Part shown: piece after piece, positions 54,021 through 63,721 of the stretch
Layout of the letters: each line of letters opens with the position of its first letter
How positions within the stretch are numbered: the first letter of the stretch is position 1
From: Candidatus Zhuqueibacterota bacterium
GTDB taxonomy: Bacteria > Zhuqueibacterota > Zhuqueibacteria > Residuimicrobiales > Oceaniaggregativiventaceae
Direction: 5' to 3'
NCBI GenBank assembly: GCA_014728115.1
Contig: WJME01000070.1
Coordinates: 2,448 to 66,447, forward strand
DNA length: 64,000 nt
Translations under genes and position numbers: made by a program
The notes under the pieces: generated by a model
Databases searched by the model: none
What the model was told of the DNA's origin: nothing
What the model saw: only the letters and a program-made list of their open reading frames with translations

Positions 54021-54158
54021 CTTGTTGTATCCAGGTTGTTGTACTGAGTTTTGGGGGCGTTAGATTTTAAAGTATTTAATTTATCCCAATAAATCAACCC
54101 TTTTAGATCCGGGGATCTCTGAACCCGTTGGATCGATTCTATTAAAGAATGCACTCTC

Positions 54159-55748
54159 TCAGGACCGGGTCATGTCTATAATTTCAGCACGCAATGTAAA
54201 CGGATCCTCGGCAGTTTGAATTCCCCGCACTCTTTCATTAAGAGCCCGGTAGAGTGCTTTTTGCAAACGATAAATTTCGACATTTTTCGGAATGGGATTA
54301 CACTGTTTTTCTTGTTCCAGGTCGATAAATGGTCCAACCAATTCAGATAATGACAGAGCGGTCTCTTTTTCTTTGAGATATACCCAGGCTGCATGCAAAG
54401 CGGCTCCCATGGCAGCTCCTTCTCCCCTTACAGGCACAGCCGTCGTCTCAAAAATGTCTGCAATGGTTTGAATCCATGCTCTGGATTGAGCCAAACCACC
54501 CGTCACTCGTATTTCCTGAGCCTGAACCGGCATTTTTCTAAAACCGTCATAAAGATTCTGAATGTGCCCTTCTAAAACGGCACGACATAAATTTTCCCGG
54601 CCAAAATCTCCCAGGTTAAAGCCAAAGTAGACGGGACTCGCAAGGGGAACATCAGGTGTGCGTTCACCCATATACCAGGGAATCAACAGACGTCCGGCAT
54701 TGCCTGCCGGCACAGCATCCACACTATTTATGAATTCATTATGATCAATATCATACTGATCCAGAACTGCATTATAGCCGTTGGCCAAATTTGAGACACA
54801 TAACAGGGGAAAATGACGACCCGTGCTATCACAAAACGCGGCGATTTCTCCGTCAGGATCGATATAGGCCTCATCTAAAACCGTAAACGCCGTCCCACTG
54901 GTGCCCAGACTTACGGTAACCAGACCCGGTTCTACATTTCCAGTGCCAATCGCCCCATACATATTATCTCCACAGCCTGCATCGATCAGACAATCAGAAG
55001 AAAAACCATATTCCTCGACCCAATGATTTCCAATGACCCCGATACTCTGATCCGATGGTTTGATGGGAGGTAGTTTTGACTTTAATGTGGGATGAATAGC
55101 GTTGAGCAGACGTTCTGACCACTCTCTGGTTTTGGGATTCCAGAGAGCCATACCCGAGGTATCCCCGGGTTCCATGACACGAACTCCTCCGTTAACCCCG
55201 CCGGTGAGATACCAATTGATATAGTTGTGTACCAAAAAGCATGTAGATGTTTTCTCAAAAGCCTTGGGTTCATGTCTGGCCATATGGAAAATTTTCGCAG
55301 CTGTATATCCCGTTCTCTGGCTATTCCCCACTTCTTTGATCATCTCATCGACACCTCCGACCGCCTCGGTCATGAGCTGGCATTCCTCTTCAGTGCTGAA
55401 ATCGTTCCATAGTTTGCTCCGGTCTCGTGTCAACTCGCCTGACTCATCCAGAGTGACCAGACCATGCTGTTGTCCTGAAACAGATATGGCGCGTATAGCT
55501 GACATCTCTATGTCTGTATCTTTAAGACGCTGAAATAATATTTCCAACGCCTCGAGCCACATCCTGGGATCCGATTCTGACACACCCTCCCCCAATCCTT
55601 TGGCCACGCCATTCTGGGTGCGATAATGGGGCAAATCACGGTCATAATTCACAGAATCCAAAAACACTGTCTCTTGATGATCGAGATCAATGACAAGCAA
55701 TTTAGTACTTTGTGTGGAACTATCGATACCGGCAAATAATTTTTTCAT
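54159..55748 (-). CDS. FGGY-family carbohydrate kinase (long, xylulokinase-like)
   Basis: MKKLFAGIDSSTQSTKLLVIDL is the FGGY N-terminal phosphate-1 motif. ISVSGQQHGLV and VTGGLAQSRAWIQTIADIF are also present. I prefer the start at 55748 over 55754 because of spacing to GGAAG. Confidence 0.8.
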   Translation of the reverse strand: MKKLFAGIDSSTQSTKLLVIDLDHQETVFLDSVNYDRDLPHYRTQNGVAKGLGEGVSESDPRMWLEALEILFQRLKDTDIEMSAIRAISVSGQQHGLVTLDESGELTRDRSKLWNDFSTEEECQLMTEAVGGVDEMIKEVGNSQRTGYTAAKIFHMARHEPKAFEKTSTCFLVHNYINWYLTGGVNGGVRVMEPGDTSGMALWNPKTREWSERLLNAIHPTLKSKLPPIKPSDQSIGVIGNHWVEEYGFSSDCLIDAGCGDNMYGAIGTGNVEPGLVTVSLGTSGTAFTVLDEAYIDPDGEIAAFCDSTGRHFPLLCVSNLANGYNAVLDQYDIDHNEFINSVDAVPAGNAGRLLIPWYMGERTPDVPLASPVYFGFNLGDFGRENLCRAVLEGHIQNLYDGFRKMPVQAQEIRVTGGLAQSRAWIQTIADIFETTAVPVRGEGAAMGAALHAAWVYLKEKETALSLSELVGPFIDLEQEKQCNPIPKNVEIYRLQKALYRALNERVRGIQTAEDPFTLRAEIIDMTRS

Positions 55749-55871
55749 AACCATCTTCCTCTCTTTTTCAGCCTAGCTGTCCCTAAAAATAAGACATTTT
55801 CTTTAGCTTGTAAATCACTTTTTTGATAGAAAACCCATCATCCAAAGAGAATCTGTCTACTCTACCTTGTT

Positions 55872-56783
55872 ATGAACTCTTGCAAATATGAAAATTTTGT
55901 TTTACATTACATCCTAATTTTCATTTTATCGAGAGCACCTGTGCGTCTTTTAAGAAACGTTTCTGCGATCCTTACATTTTTGGTATTCCTGGGCCGGGCA
56001 TACCAGCATCTGTTTTGGGATGTTCCTTTTCGTGCATTGTTATGGAAAGAGACACTCCTTTCCCCTCTCCTGCAGCGATGGTTCCGGATGTCCTGGCAAG
56101 ACTATCTTTCCTCATGGGGATCGGATGCCTTGATAGAAAGTGCCATGACAGGATTTGGTCTTTTCTATCTCTTTTGTGCATTGATGACATTGTTGGTTTG
56201 GAAAAACCCCAAATGGGTGCGACCGGTCTGGTTACTAGGATCGTTCTCACTCTTTGGGTTGGCAATCCTTGCCACCATGGAATACAATGCCAGTATCATT
56301 ACGCTATTCGAATACACCCTGGGATGGACAACCCCCTTGTTTGCATGGGCCCTTTGGCAAAAGAGGGTTCTGTGGCCACAGATAAAATTTGGGATTATGC
56401 TGGCCATCGCCCTCACCTTTATTAGCCATGGTCTGCTTGCAATGGGTGTTGTACCGGTGCCGGCCCATTTTATTGAAATGACCACGCTTATCCTGCCCCT
56501 GGATATGGCTGGTGCACGCATCTTTTTATTTATAGCAGGTGTTTTGGATCTGATTTGCAGTATTTTCCTGTTTATAAAGCCAACCCAGCGAGCAGCCCTT
56601 CTTTATATGGTATTTTGGGGGTTTATCACCGCCGTTGCCAGAGTATGGGCATATGTCGAGCCTTTTAATTTTTGGTGGGATATGCACATGTGGGCCTTTG
56701 AAACCTGTATTCGTCTCATTCATGGTGCCTGGCCCTTGTTGCTGTGGCTCAGTTTTCATAAAAAGTTTGAGTCAAGGATTTGA
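55872..56783 (+). CDS. Polytopic membrane protein, unknown function
   Basis: 303-aa ORF with about 8 hydrophobic helices. It ends 3 nt before the next gene. The start is uncertain. Confidence 0.55.
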   Translation: MNSCKYENFVLHYILIFILSRAPVRLLRNVSAILTFLVFLGRAYQHLFWDVPFRALLWKETLLSPLLQRWFRMSWQDYLSSWGSDALIESAMTGFGLFYLFCALMTLLVWKNPKWVRPVWLLGSFSLFGLAILATMEYNASIITLFEYTLGWTTPLFAWALWQKRVLWPQIKFGIMLAIALTFISHGLLAMGVVPVPAHFIEMTTLILPLDMAGARIFLFIAGVLDLICSIFLFIKPTQRAALLYMVFWGFITAVARVWAYVEPFNFWWDMHMWAFETCIRLIHGAWPLLLWLSFHKKFESRI

Positions 56784-56786
56784 ACC

Positions 56787-58028
56787 ATGTTTAAAAAAGT
56801 AGTGATATTCGTATTATTGACCACCACCTTTGGAGCAGCTGAAACAAGCCGTTATCGGTTGATGTGGAGGGATGATCCCAGTACCACGATGGTCATCGGC
56901 TGGGATCAGCAGGGCGGTAGCCGTGCAGAGGTTTTTTACGATACTCTGGATCATGGTCAGGACCTGGCATTCTATCGTTTTCATCGAGAACCTGATGAAA
57001 CATACCTGTATAAAGGTATGGTGAATTCTTTTGTCCGCCTGACCGATTTAAAACCCAATACTGCCTATTATTTTGTAATTCGTGACTCTGATGGCAAAAG
57101 CCCGCGCTTTTGGTTCCGCACGGCTCCTGACAGCTTACACCCTTTTACGTATATCGCAGGAGGTGATTCCCGCAATAACCGCGATGCACGCAAACGTGCC
57201 AATGCCATGGTGGCAAAACTGCGCCCTTTATTTATCGGATTTGGGGGTGATTTTACCGATGCAGATATCGACGGCCAGTGGAAAGCCTGGTTCGATGACT
57301 GGCAGGAAACGATTTCTCCTGATGGACGCATGTATCCTATCCTGGTGACAAAAGGCAATCACGAGCGAACCAACGAAGTTCTGGTACACCTCTTTGATTT
57401 CCCCCATGAAAACATTTACGGAGCCTTTTCATTTGGCGGGAATCTTTTACGATACTATATTCTTAACACCGATATTCCACGAGGCGGAGAACAGGCAGCA
57501 TGGCTTGAACGAGATCTTGTCTCACATGGCAACACAATCTATCGGGTGGTGCAATACCACAAGCCCATCAGACCCCATGTGGCACGGAAACGCGATCAGG
57601 AATCCCAATATCGGATTTGGGCACCCTTGTTTTACCATTATCAAGTCCAGCTGGCTGTTCAATGTGATTCACATTGTGCTGTACGGACCTGGCCCATACG
57701 GCCCACAAGAGCCCCCGGAAATGATGAGGGTTTTGTGCGGGATGAAATGGGCACGGTCTATGTCGGAGAAGGGTGTTGGGGTGCACCTTTGCGCGATCCC
57801 GATGATCCAAAAAGCTGGACACGAGATGTGGGAAAGTTTAATCAATTCAAGTGGATTCATGTTTATCCGGATCGAATGGAACTGAGGTCCATCAAAGTAG
57901 ATGATGTCGATGATTCAGGGTCTGTAACCGAAGATGATCTGATGGCAGTCCCCGAAGACCTCCCGATTTGGGATCCTTCGAATGGTGCCGTGGTCATTCT
58001 ACCGGCCAGACAAATGCTGACTGAATAG
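56787..58028 (+). CDS. Secreted purple-acid-phosphatase-like metallophosphoesterase
   Basis: Signal MFKKVVIFVLLTTTFGAA. The FN3-like N-domain contains LKPNTAYYFVIRDSDGKSPRFWFRTAP. Metallophosphoesterase motifs are IAGGDSRN, GGDFTD and TKGNHE. Confidence 0.8.
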   Translation: MFKKVVIFVLLTTTFGAAETSRYRLMWRDDPSTTMVIGWDQQGGSRAEVFYDTLDHGQDLAFYRFHREPDETYLYKGMVNSFVRLTDLKPNTAYYFVIRDSDGKSPRFWFRTAPDSLHPFTYIAGGDSRNNRDARKRANAMVAKLRPLFIGFGGDFTDADIDGQWKAWFDDWQETISPDGRMYPILVTKGNHERTNEVLVHLFDFPHENIYGAFSFGGNLLRYYILNTDIPRGGEQAAWLERDLVSHGNTIYRVVQYHKPIRPHVARKRDQESQYRIWAPLFYHYQVQLAVQCDSHCAVRTWPIRPTRAPGNDEGFVRDEMGTVYVGEGCWGAPLRDPDDPKSWTRDVGKFNQFKWIHVYPDRMELRSIKVDDVDDSGSVTEDDLMAVPEDLPIWDPSNGAVVILPARQMLTE

Positions 58029-58037
58029 ATCAGAGTT

Positions 58038-59396
58038 TCACTTGCCATATTTTTTCAATTTATAGCGCAAGTGGCGTTCGGTCATGCCCAATATTTCGGC
58101 TGCCCGTGTCTGCACACCGTTGGCAGCCTGAAGGGCATCACGTATCAAGGCCTGCTCAAATGCTTCGACACGTTCCTGAAATGACCCGTTAGTGGGTTCT
58201 GTAAAAGCCTTTTGCGGTGACTCTCCATGTACCGTCGGAGGCAAATCATGACTCGCCAGGACATCATCCCGACTCAATAAAACAGCGCGTTCGACGATAT
58301 TTTCCAGTTCTCTCACATTACCCGGAAAAGTGTATTTCATCAACAGATCCATGGCTTCCCTGGAAACCCCGTGTATATTTTTCTCATATTGCTCGCTGAA
58401 ACGCTGTAAAAAATAATCCACCAAGAGCGGGATGTCGGTTTTTCGCTTTCTCAAAGGAGGAAGCACGATCTTGACGACATTGAGCCTGTAATAAAAATCT
58501 TCCCGAAAGCTCCCCTGTTTGACCATCTCTTCCAAATGTCGATTCGTTGCAGCAATGACACGCACATCAATAGACAAACTCTGGCTGGATCCCACACGTT
58601 CGATGGTCTGTTCCTGTAAAACACGCAGTAGCTTTACCTGGGTATTCAGGGGTACATCTCCAACCTCATCGATGAACAAGGTTCCTCCGCTTGCACTCTC
58701 GAATCTGCCTTTGCGAAATTTATCAGCCCCGGTAAAAGCCCCTTTTTCATGGCCAAAAAGCTCACTTTCGACGAGATGATCAGAAAGGGCAGCCATATTT
58801 ACCGGCACGAAAGGGTCTTCTGAACGATCACTGGCATGGTGTATGGCCTTTGCAACGAGTTCTTTACCCGTGCCACTTTCACCCGCAATCAAAATGGTCG
58901 CTTTGCTGCGAGCCACACGACTTGCAATGCTCAGGGCCTCATCCATGGCACTGCTGGAGGCGATAATCCCCCCCAAATTTAATCGTTCACCTGCCAGCTC
59001 TTTGAGACGCCGGTTTTCCGCGATCAATTGTTTTCGTTCCAGAGCTTTGCGCATCACCAGTTCGAGTTGGGTAAGATCGATGGGTTTGGCCACAAAATCC
59101 ACAGCACCTTGTTTCATCGCCTCGGTGGCTGCCTCGATACTGCCATAGGCAGTCATGACCACCACATCGATATCCGGATTGATCTCTTTAACCCTTTTCA
59201 ATACTCCAAGACCGTCCAGGTCAGGCATACGCAGATCTGTGAGAATCATGTCAACAGGATTGTTTTCTGTTATTTTTATCGCTGCCAGGCCATTCATCGC
59301 TGTGCTGATTTCGTAACCTTTTTTTCTCAAAAATCCAGCCAGCGTATCACGCTGTGCCGCTTCATCATCGACGATCAAAATATTGTATTTCATCAC
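58038..59396 (-). CDS. Sigma-54-dependent response regulator (NtrC/AtoC/ZraR family)
   Basis: REC domain (ILIVDDEAAQRDTL...MILTDLRMPDLDG). AAA+ domain with ILIAGESGTGKELVAKAIH and the GAFTGA loop (EKGAFTGAD). C-terminal Fis-type HTH (QTRAAEILGMTERHLRYKLKKYG). Confidence 0.95.
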   Translation of the reverse strand: MMKYNILIVDDEAAQRDTLAGFLRKKGYEISTAMNGLAAIKITENNPVDMILTDLRMPDLDGLGVLKRVKEINPDIDVVVMTAYGSIEAATEAMKQGAVDFVAKPIDLTQLELVMRKALERKQLIAENRRLKELAGERLNLGGIIASSSAMDEALSIASRVARSKATILIAGESGTGKELVAKAIHHASDRSEDPFVPVNMAALSDHLVESELFGHEKGAFTGADKFRKGRFESASGGTLFIDEVGDVPLNTQVKLLRVLQEQTIERVGSSQSLSIDVRVIAATNRHLEEMVKQGSFREDFYYRLNVVKIVLPPLRKRKTDIPLLVDYFLQRFSEQYEKNIHGVSREAMDLLMKYTFPGNVRELENIVERAVLLSRDDVLASHDLPPTVHGESPQKAFTEPTNGSFQERVEAFEQALIRDALQAANGVQTRAAEILGMTERHLRYKLKKYGK

Positions 59397-61465
59397 AACT
59401 CCAATATGGGTATCTGAATTTTAACTAAAGTCCCCTCATAATCAGGCCGACTGACCACCTCGATGGTCCCATTGTGCTGTGAGACGATTTGCTGTACAAG
59501 CGAGAGACCGATGCCGGTTCCCTGATCTTTGGTGGTAAAATAAAGATTAAAAATACGCGACAGGTTCTGTTCCGGGATTCCTTTGCCCGTATCGCTGATC
59601 AAAAGGACCAGTTTGTTGCCTTTGGTTTTTACATTTATTTCGAGCCGTCCCCCCTCATCACATGCATCGATGCCATTCTGAACCAGATTTAACAGGGCTT
59701 GTAACAGTTTGGACCTGTCCATGGGGAACTTTTGATCGACCGAACAGCGGGATTGCATCTCGATATTCTTTTGCTCAGCTTGCGGACGGGTCAAAGTGAC
59801 AAGCTCGTCGATCAGCTCGCAGACATTTGTTTCCTGCAGTTGCATGGCAGAAGGTTTTGCAAATTCAAGAAATTGCTGGATGATCGTATTAATACGTTTG
59901 ATTTCACTCACCATGGTAAGGGCCATTTTATTATACTCTCGAGTGTCCTGCCTGGGTTCAAACTCGGTGCGAAATCTCTGCGCGAGCATGCTGATGGCAT
60001 TCAAAGGATTTCTGATTTCGTGTGCGACACCGGAAGCGAGATGTCCCATGGCTGCCAGTTGATCCTGGCGTTTTAGGTTTTCCTCCAGGCGTTTATGCTC
60101 TGTCAAGTCTTTGATCACGGCAAAGATGGTTTCTATATTGCCTTGCGAATCAGGTAATTGAGAAACAGAAATCGAAACGTACAACTCTTGTTCCCGCACC
60201 TTGACCCATAACTCATTATTACGTACCTCGTTCTGGCCTTGCGCTTTTCGGATCACCGTACATATATCTGCACCGATCATTTCACACGGCTTTCCAAGCA
60301 CCTTGGATGCATCCAATCTGAACAATTGTTCTGCGGCACGGTTGAATACAGTAATAAATCCGTCATTATTCATGGCAACAACAGCATCGGTCATATTGGT
60401 CAACATACTGCCGGTATAGGTCTCTATACGATGATAAGCATTTTGAAGCATCTGCATGCCAGAAGCACGAGCCAGAGCATTGACCGCGATAACACCAATG
60501 ATGAGCAACAAGACTGATATTATAATCACCCGCTGTCGCGTTTGGGCCAGCGCTGACTGCAAATGCTCTGTAGAAAGCGCGATGCGCAAGACACCGATAT
60601 TGCGGTTCTGAAGCTCAAGAGCTCTCGCGATCTCAAACACGGGCTGCCCACGGAACTCGGTCATTCGAGTCAGAGTCTCACTCAAAGTGTGTGCCCTTTG
60701 TAAAAAGGGATCCTGCTGAATGGGCGTGACGTTTTCCATGGTTTGAGAAGCTAGAATGACTTGCAAACTGTCTTGTAGCAAAACATAAACCACACCTCTC
60801 GTTTCACCGATGTCCCTCACCAGACGTCCCGCACCGATCGATCGCCTGAACTCCAGCATCTCCTGAGCATCGATGTTGAGGACAATGGCTCCTCCCTTGC
60901 GGCGGTGCTTGGCTATTGCAAATCGTTGCCCTGATCCGAACCGTCCTTGCATGAATCCCAATAACAGCTCATCATCTTTTCCGCTAAGCACCGTGGACAG
61001 TAAATGACGCTGACCTCTTTGAGGAACAAAATCATCTGAGTCATGTAACAACCATGGCGCATTGCTCATGATCCTCTTACCCTGTTCATCGAATACATTA
61101 CCGCGAAAGATTTGATTCTCTGCGCAGAGGTGCACAAATTTTTCCTGGTTCAAAATGCCTTCATAATCCATTTCCTCGAACACTCTTGCCAGACTGAGCA
61201 ATTTTTCAGCCAAAATCTCTTCCACCAGCACAAAGGAACGGGTTGCATTGACCAGACTTTTTTGCATGGACTCCATGAGCGCCCGGCCCTGTTCGTCCAG
61301 AGTGCCTGTCACTTCACGCTGTGTGTTGCGAATGTCCAGAATGGCCAACGTCAGCAAGAGTGCGCCAATGATAATCACAGAGGACAATACAATCCCTGGC
61401 CGCCAGCGACGAAAACGGGGCAATGTCTTGACAGCAATATAAAATTTCGATTCAGAATCAGACAT
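59393..61465 (-). CDS. Sensor histidine kinase (two-TM periplasmic domain, PAS, HisKA, HATPase)
   Basis: LASGVAHEIRNPLNAI is the H-box. DTGKGIPEQNLSRIFNLYFTTKDQGTGIGLSLV contains the G-boxes. The PAS-like segment is MTDAVVAMNNDGFITVFNRAAEQLF. There is a 4-nt overlap with the regulator gene. Confidence 0.9.
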   Translation of the reverse strand: MSDSESKFYIAVKTLPRFRRWRPGIVLSSVIIIGALLLTLAILDIRNTQREVTGTLDEQGRALMESMQKSLVNATRSFVLVEEILAEKLLSLARVFEEMDYEGILNQEKFVHLCAENQIFRGNVFDEQGKRIMSNAPWLLHDSDDFVPQRGQRHLLSTVLSGKDDELLLGFMQGRFGSGQRFAIAKHRRKGGAIVLNIDAQEMLEFRRSIGAGRLVRDIGETRGVVYVLLQDSLQVILASQTMENVTPIQQDPFLQRAHTLSETLTRMTEFRGQPVFEIARALELQNRNIGVLRIALSTEHLQSALAQTRQRVIIISVLLLIIGVIAVNALARASGMQMLQNAYHRIETYTGSMLTNMTDAVVAMNNDGFITVFNRAAEQLFRLDASKVLGKPCEMIGADICTVIRKAQGQNEVRNNELWVKVREQELYVSISVSQLPDSQGNIETIFAVIKDLTEHKRLEENLKRQDQLAAMGHLASGVAHEIRNPLNAISMLAQRFRTEFEPRQDTREYNKMALTMVSEIKRINTIIQQFLEFAKPSAMQLQETNVCELIDELVTLTRPQAEQKNIEMQSRCSVDQKFPMDRSKLLQALLNLVQNGIDACDEGGRLEINVKTKGNKLVLLISDTGKGIPEQNLSRIFNLYFTTKDQGTGIGLSLVQQIVSQHNGTIEVVSRPDYEGTLVKIQIPILEL

Positions 61466-61700
61466 TTTAGTTCAGGTCTCAAATTTTCCATTCAAATTTA
61501 TACATCAATATAGGGAAAACAATACGAAATTGAAACAACTTGAAGCATAATGGCCATGCAGTGCGCTTTGCTTGTCTTGCAAAAATTGTGACAAAAAACT
61601 TGGCCAAAAGCACAGGATGACCTATCATATTGTTTTTTAATAGCAAAACAGATTTTTATCAAACATCGAAAAATCGATGTGTCGACCAAAAGGGCGTATT

Positions 61701-61722
61701 TTTTCGACCAAATGGTCGAAAA
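61701..61722. promoter_or_regulatory. Perfect dyad TTTTCGACCA-AA-TGGTCGAAAA (candidate enhancer/UAS for the NtrC-type regulator)
   Basis: It has 10-bp perfect arms and is centred about 95 nt upstream of the -24 element at 61804. A half-site copy (GTCGACCAAAA) lies at 61681-61691, and a second dyad, ACATCGA-AAAA-TCGATGT, at 61663-61680. Confidence 0.5.
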
Positions 61723-61802
61723 AGGTACATATCTCAAGACTGCTATTTCCTCTAATTCATTATAAAACAGACATCCAGCTCAATCGACCCCATAAATCTA
61801 TT

Positions 61803-61818
61803 TGGTATAGCGTTTGCA
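61803..61818 (+). promoter_or_regulatory. Sigma-54 (-24/-12) promoter TGGTAT-N5-TTGCA
   Basis: In TGGTATAGCGTTTGCA, the GG (61804-61805) and GC (61816-61817) have the canonical spacing of TGGCAC-N5-TTGCW. The element lies about 32 nt upstream of the ATG at 61850 and is divergent from the sigma-54 activator operon. Confidence 0.65.
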
Positions 61819-61849
61819 TAGTATCCTGTGAAAGAAAGAGGACCCTATT

Positions 61850-62401
61850 ATGAAAAGACATCTTTATTTCAATACAGCTTTGATGATGATTTTATCAGTA
61901 ACCCTGAATGCGTTCGGGCAGGATTCAGCCGGGACCGACATCAAAGAGCCCTCTGAGGCATTAAAAGAGGAAAAAAACCTCAAAGAATCTTTGCCATCGC
62001 TGCCCTCACCTTTTAAAGAGGCAGAAAAGAAGGCACTGGCTGACTCGATCAGTCTTTCCATACCGGACAGTGTTTCTGCTGCAATGGGCCCCCAAATGCC
62101 CCGACCAGACAAAAAAGCACTCCCGTTCGACGAAATGGGCAAAGGATTACAGCACCGTCATGGACTGAAATTTATCGATGAAGATGGTGACGGTATCAAC
62201 GATCTGCTCATACCGGGCAGGGGACAAGGCCATTCCCCGATTCACTGGCAGCCGCTGGACAAGGGCATGCGCGGCCGGCCGGGACCCCATAAACCCACCC
62301 CATTCGATCGGGAAGGATCTGATCAGGAGCCCGGCAAAAACGGCCCGGGATCAGGAGGACCCGGCCAAGGCCATAATCAGGGAAGGAATGGAAACAATTA
62401 A
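61850..62401 (+). CDS. Secreted low-complexity (Gly/Pro/Lys-rich) protein
   Basis: Signal MKRHLYFNTALMMILSVTLNAFGQ. It has an acidic EF-hand-like loop, IDEDGDGINDLL, and a tail GPGSGGPGQGHNQGRNGNN. I recognise no family. Confidence 0.6.
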   Translation: MKRHLYFNTALMMILSVTLNAFGQDSAGTDIKEPSEALKEEKNLKESLPSLPSPFKEAEKKALADSISLSIPDSVSAAMGPQMPRPDKKALPFDEMGKGLQHRHGLKFIDEDGDGINDLLIPGRGQGHSPIHWQPLDKGMRGRPGPHKPTPFDREGSDQEPGKNGPGSGGPGQGHNQGRNGNN

Positions 62402-62442
62402 CGGTTCGAGCAGGGATATCGAACTAAAACAGGAGTAACAAG

Positions 62443-63573
62443 ATGAAAACGATCGTGTCCGTCATGACAGGCTTGCTCTTTATTTCCATAGCACACGCTC
62501 AATTTTCACTGGAAATAGAAAATCAAAACGGATATTCGAGCAACTCTTTTGCCAATTACAAGATACAGCCCGATACCTATTCAATATGGTCCTTGCAAGT
62601 ACGCAAGGACTGGATTCAACAAGAAAGTGGCATTCGCCTCTATTATCAAGGCAATGCCGGTCTCTATCAATCATACAATGACCGTAATTATCATCGTCAG
62701 GGCCTGGGTGTGGCCTACTATCGCTATTTGGATACCCACCAAACCAACATGCTTTATGCAGAGTGGAGCGCGAGCAAGCGTTTTCACAGCGAGGTTTATA
62801 AATGGTATGAAACCACAGATTTTGACGGATATGTGAATCTCAAATGGGCGGTTATGCCGCAGTTATATCTCTATACAGGCCTGTCTCTGAACGGCAGCCA
62901 GTTTAAAAATCTCAAAGCGTTTTCCAACTGGCAACACACCCTGTTTTTACGACTGAGCCGGTTCTTTAACTCGGGCACCACCATCATGGCAGAAATCGAT
63001 ATCATCAGCAAGAGTTACAATCCCGAATCTTTGGTGGAAACATCCGAACTGTTTCCGGATGTGGTTACGCTGGGCGAAGGCACAAGCCGGCAGATCGCAT
63101 CCATGCTCAAAGTGGCACAGTCTCTCGGTCAGAGTACCGGCCTGAGCGGCCAGGCAATGATTCGTAGGAATACCAGTAACTCTGTACGTTATCTGGGTGC
63201 ATCGAGCGGTTATTACTATACCGATGAAGAACTCTTTGATGATGTTTTTGGATATGAAAGCGAAGAATTTACGTTGCAGCTAAAAAGTCGGATATTTTGG
63301 GGCATCACTGCAATCTTGGGCAGCAATATCAGATTCAAACACTATCAAAACAGACTCGCCCTGGATCTCGAGGGCATGGCATTCGAAGACGAGCGGCTTC
63401 GCGATGATACCCGGAGCTATAGCTGGATCGAGCTCAAGCGCCCATTGGGGTTGGGAACGATTCCGCCGTTGCAAATCAGTTTGAGGTATGGGATTCTCGA
63501 TAACGAATCTAATGATCCCTATTACGATTATGGCAGCAATTATTTTTCGATTTCTCTTGGCCAGGAATTTTAA
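62443..63573 (+). CDS. Outer-membrane beta-barrel protein (unknown family)
   Basis: Signal MKTIVSVMTGLLFISIAHAQ. Alternating aromatic/hydrophilic beta-strand pattern, Tyr-rich, with a terminal ...YFSISLGQEF (C-terminal Phe signature of OMPs). Confidence 0.6.
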   Translation: MKTIVSVMTGLLFISIAHAQFSLEIENQNGYSSNSFANYKIQPDTYSIWSLQVRKDWIQQESGIRLYYQGNAGLYQSYNDRNYHRQGLGVAYYRYLDTHQTNMLYAEWSASKRFHSEVYKWYETTDFDGYVNLKWAVMPQLYLYTGLSLNGSQFKNLKAFSNWQHTLFLRLSRFFNSGTTIMAEIDIISKSYNPESLVETSELFPDVVTLGEGTSRQIASMLKVAQSLGQSTGLSGQAMIRRNTSNSVRYLGASSGYYYTDEELFDDVFGYESEEFTLQLKSRIFWGITAILGSNIRFKHYQNRLALDLEGMAFEDERLRDDTRSYSWIELKRPLGLGTIPPLQISLRYGILDNESNDPYYDYGSNYFSISLGQEF

Positions 63574-63721
63574 ATTACTGACCGACTCTTGCAGCAAAAA
63601 AGCATTAAAAAGCTTACAGCAGAGAAAAAGGGACGCCACAAAGCGCAGAGAAAAGATTTATCGAGTGAATCCCTGCACTCATCGGCATCCTTTGCATATC
63701 AGCATTAAAACAAACACCTTA

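Noticed and set aside
61498-61737. 79-aa minus-strand ORF in the kinase/sigma-54 promoter intergenic region
   Set aside because: It is AT-rich with no RBS, and it overlaps the dyad elements that are better explained as regulatory DNA.
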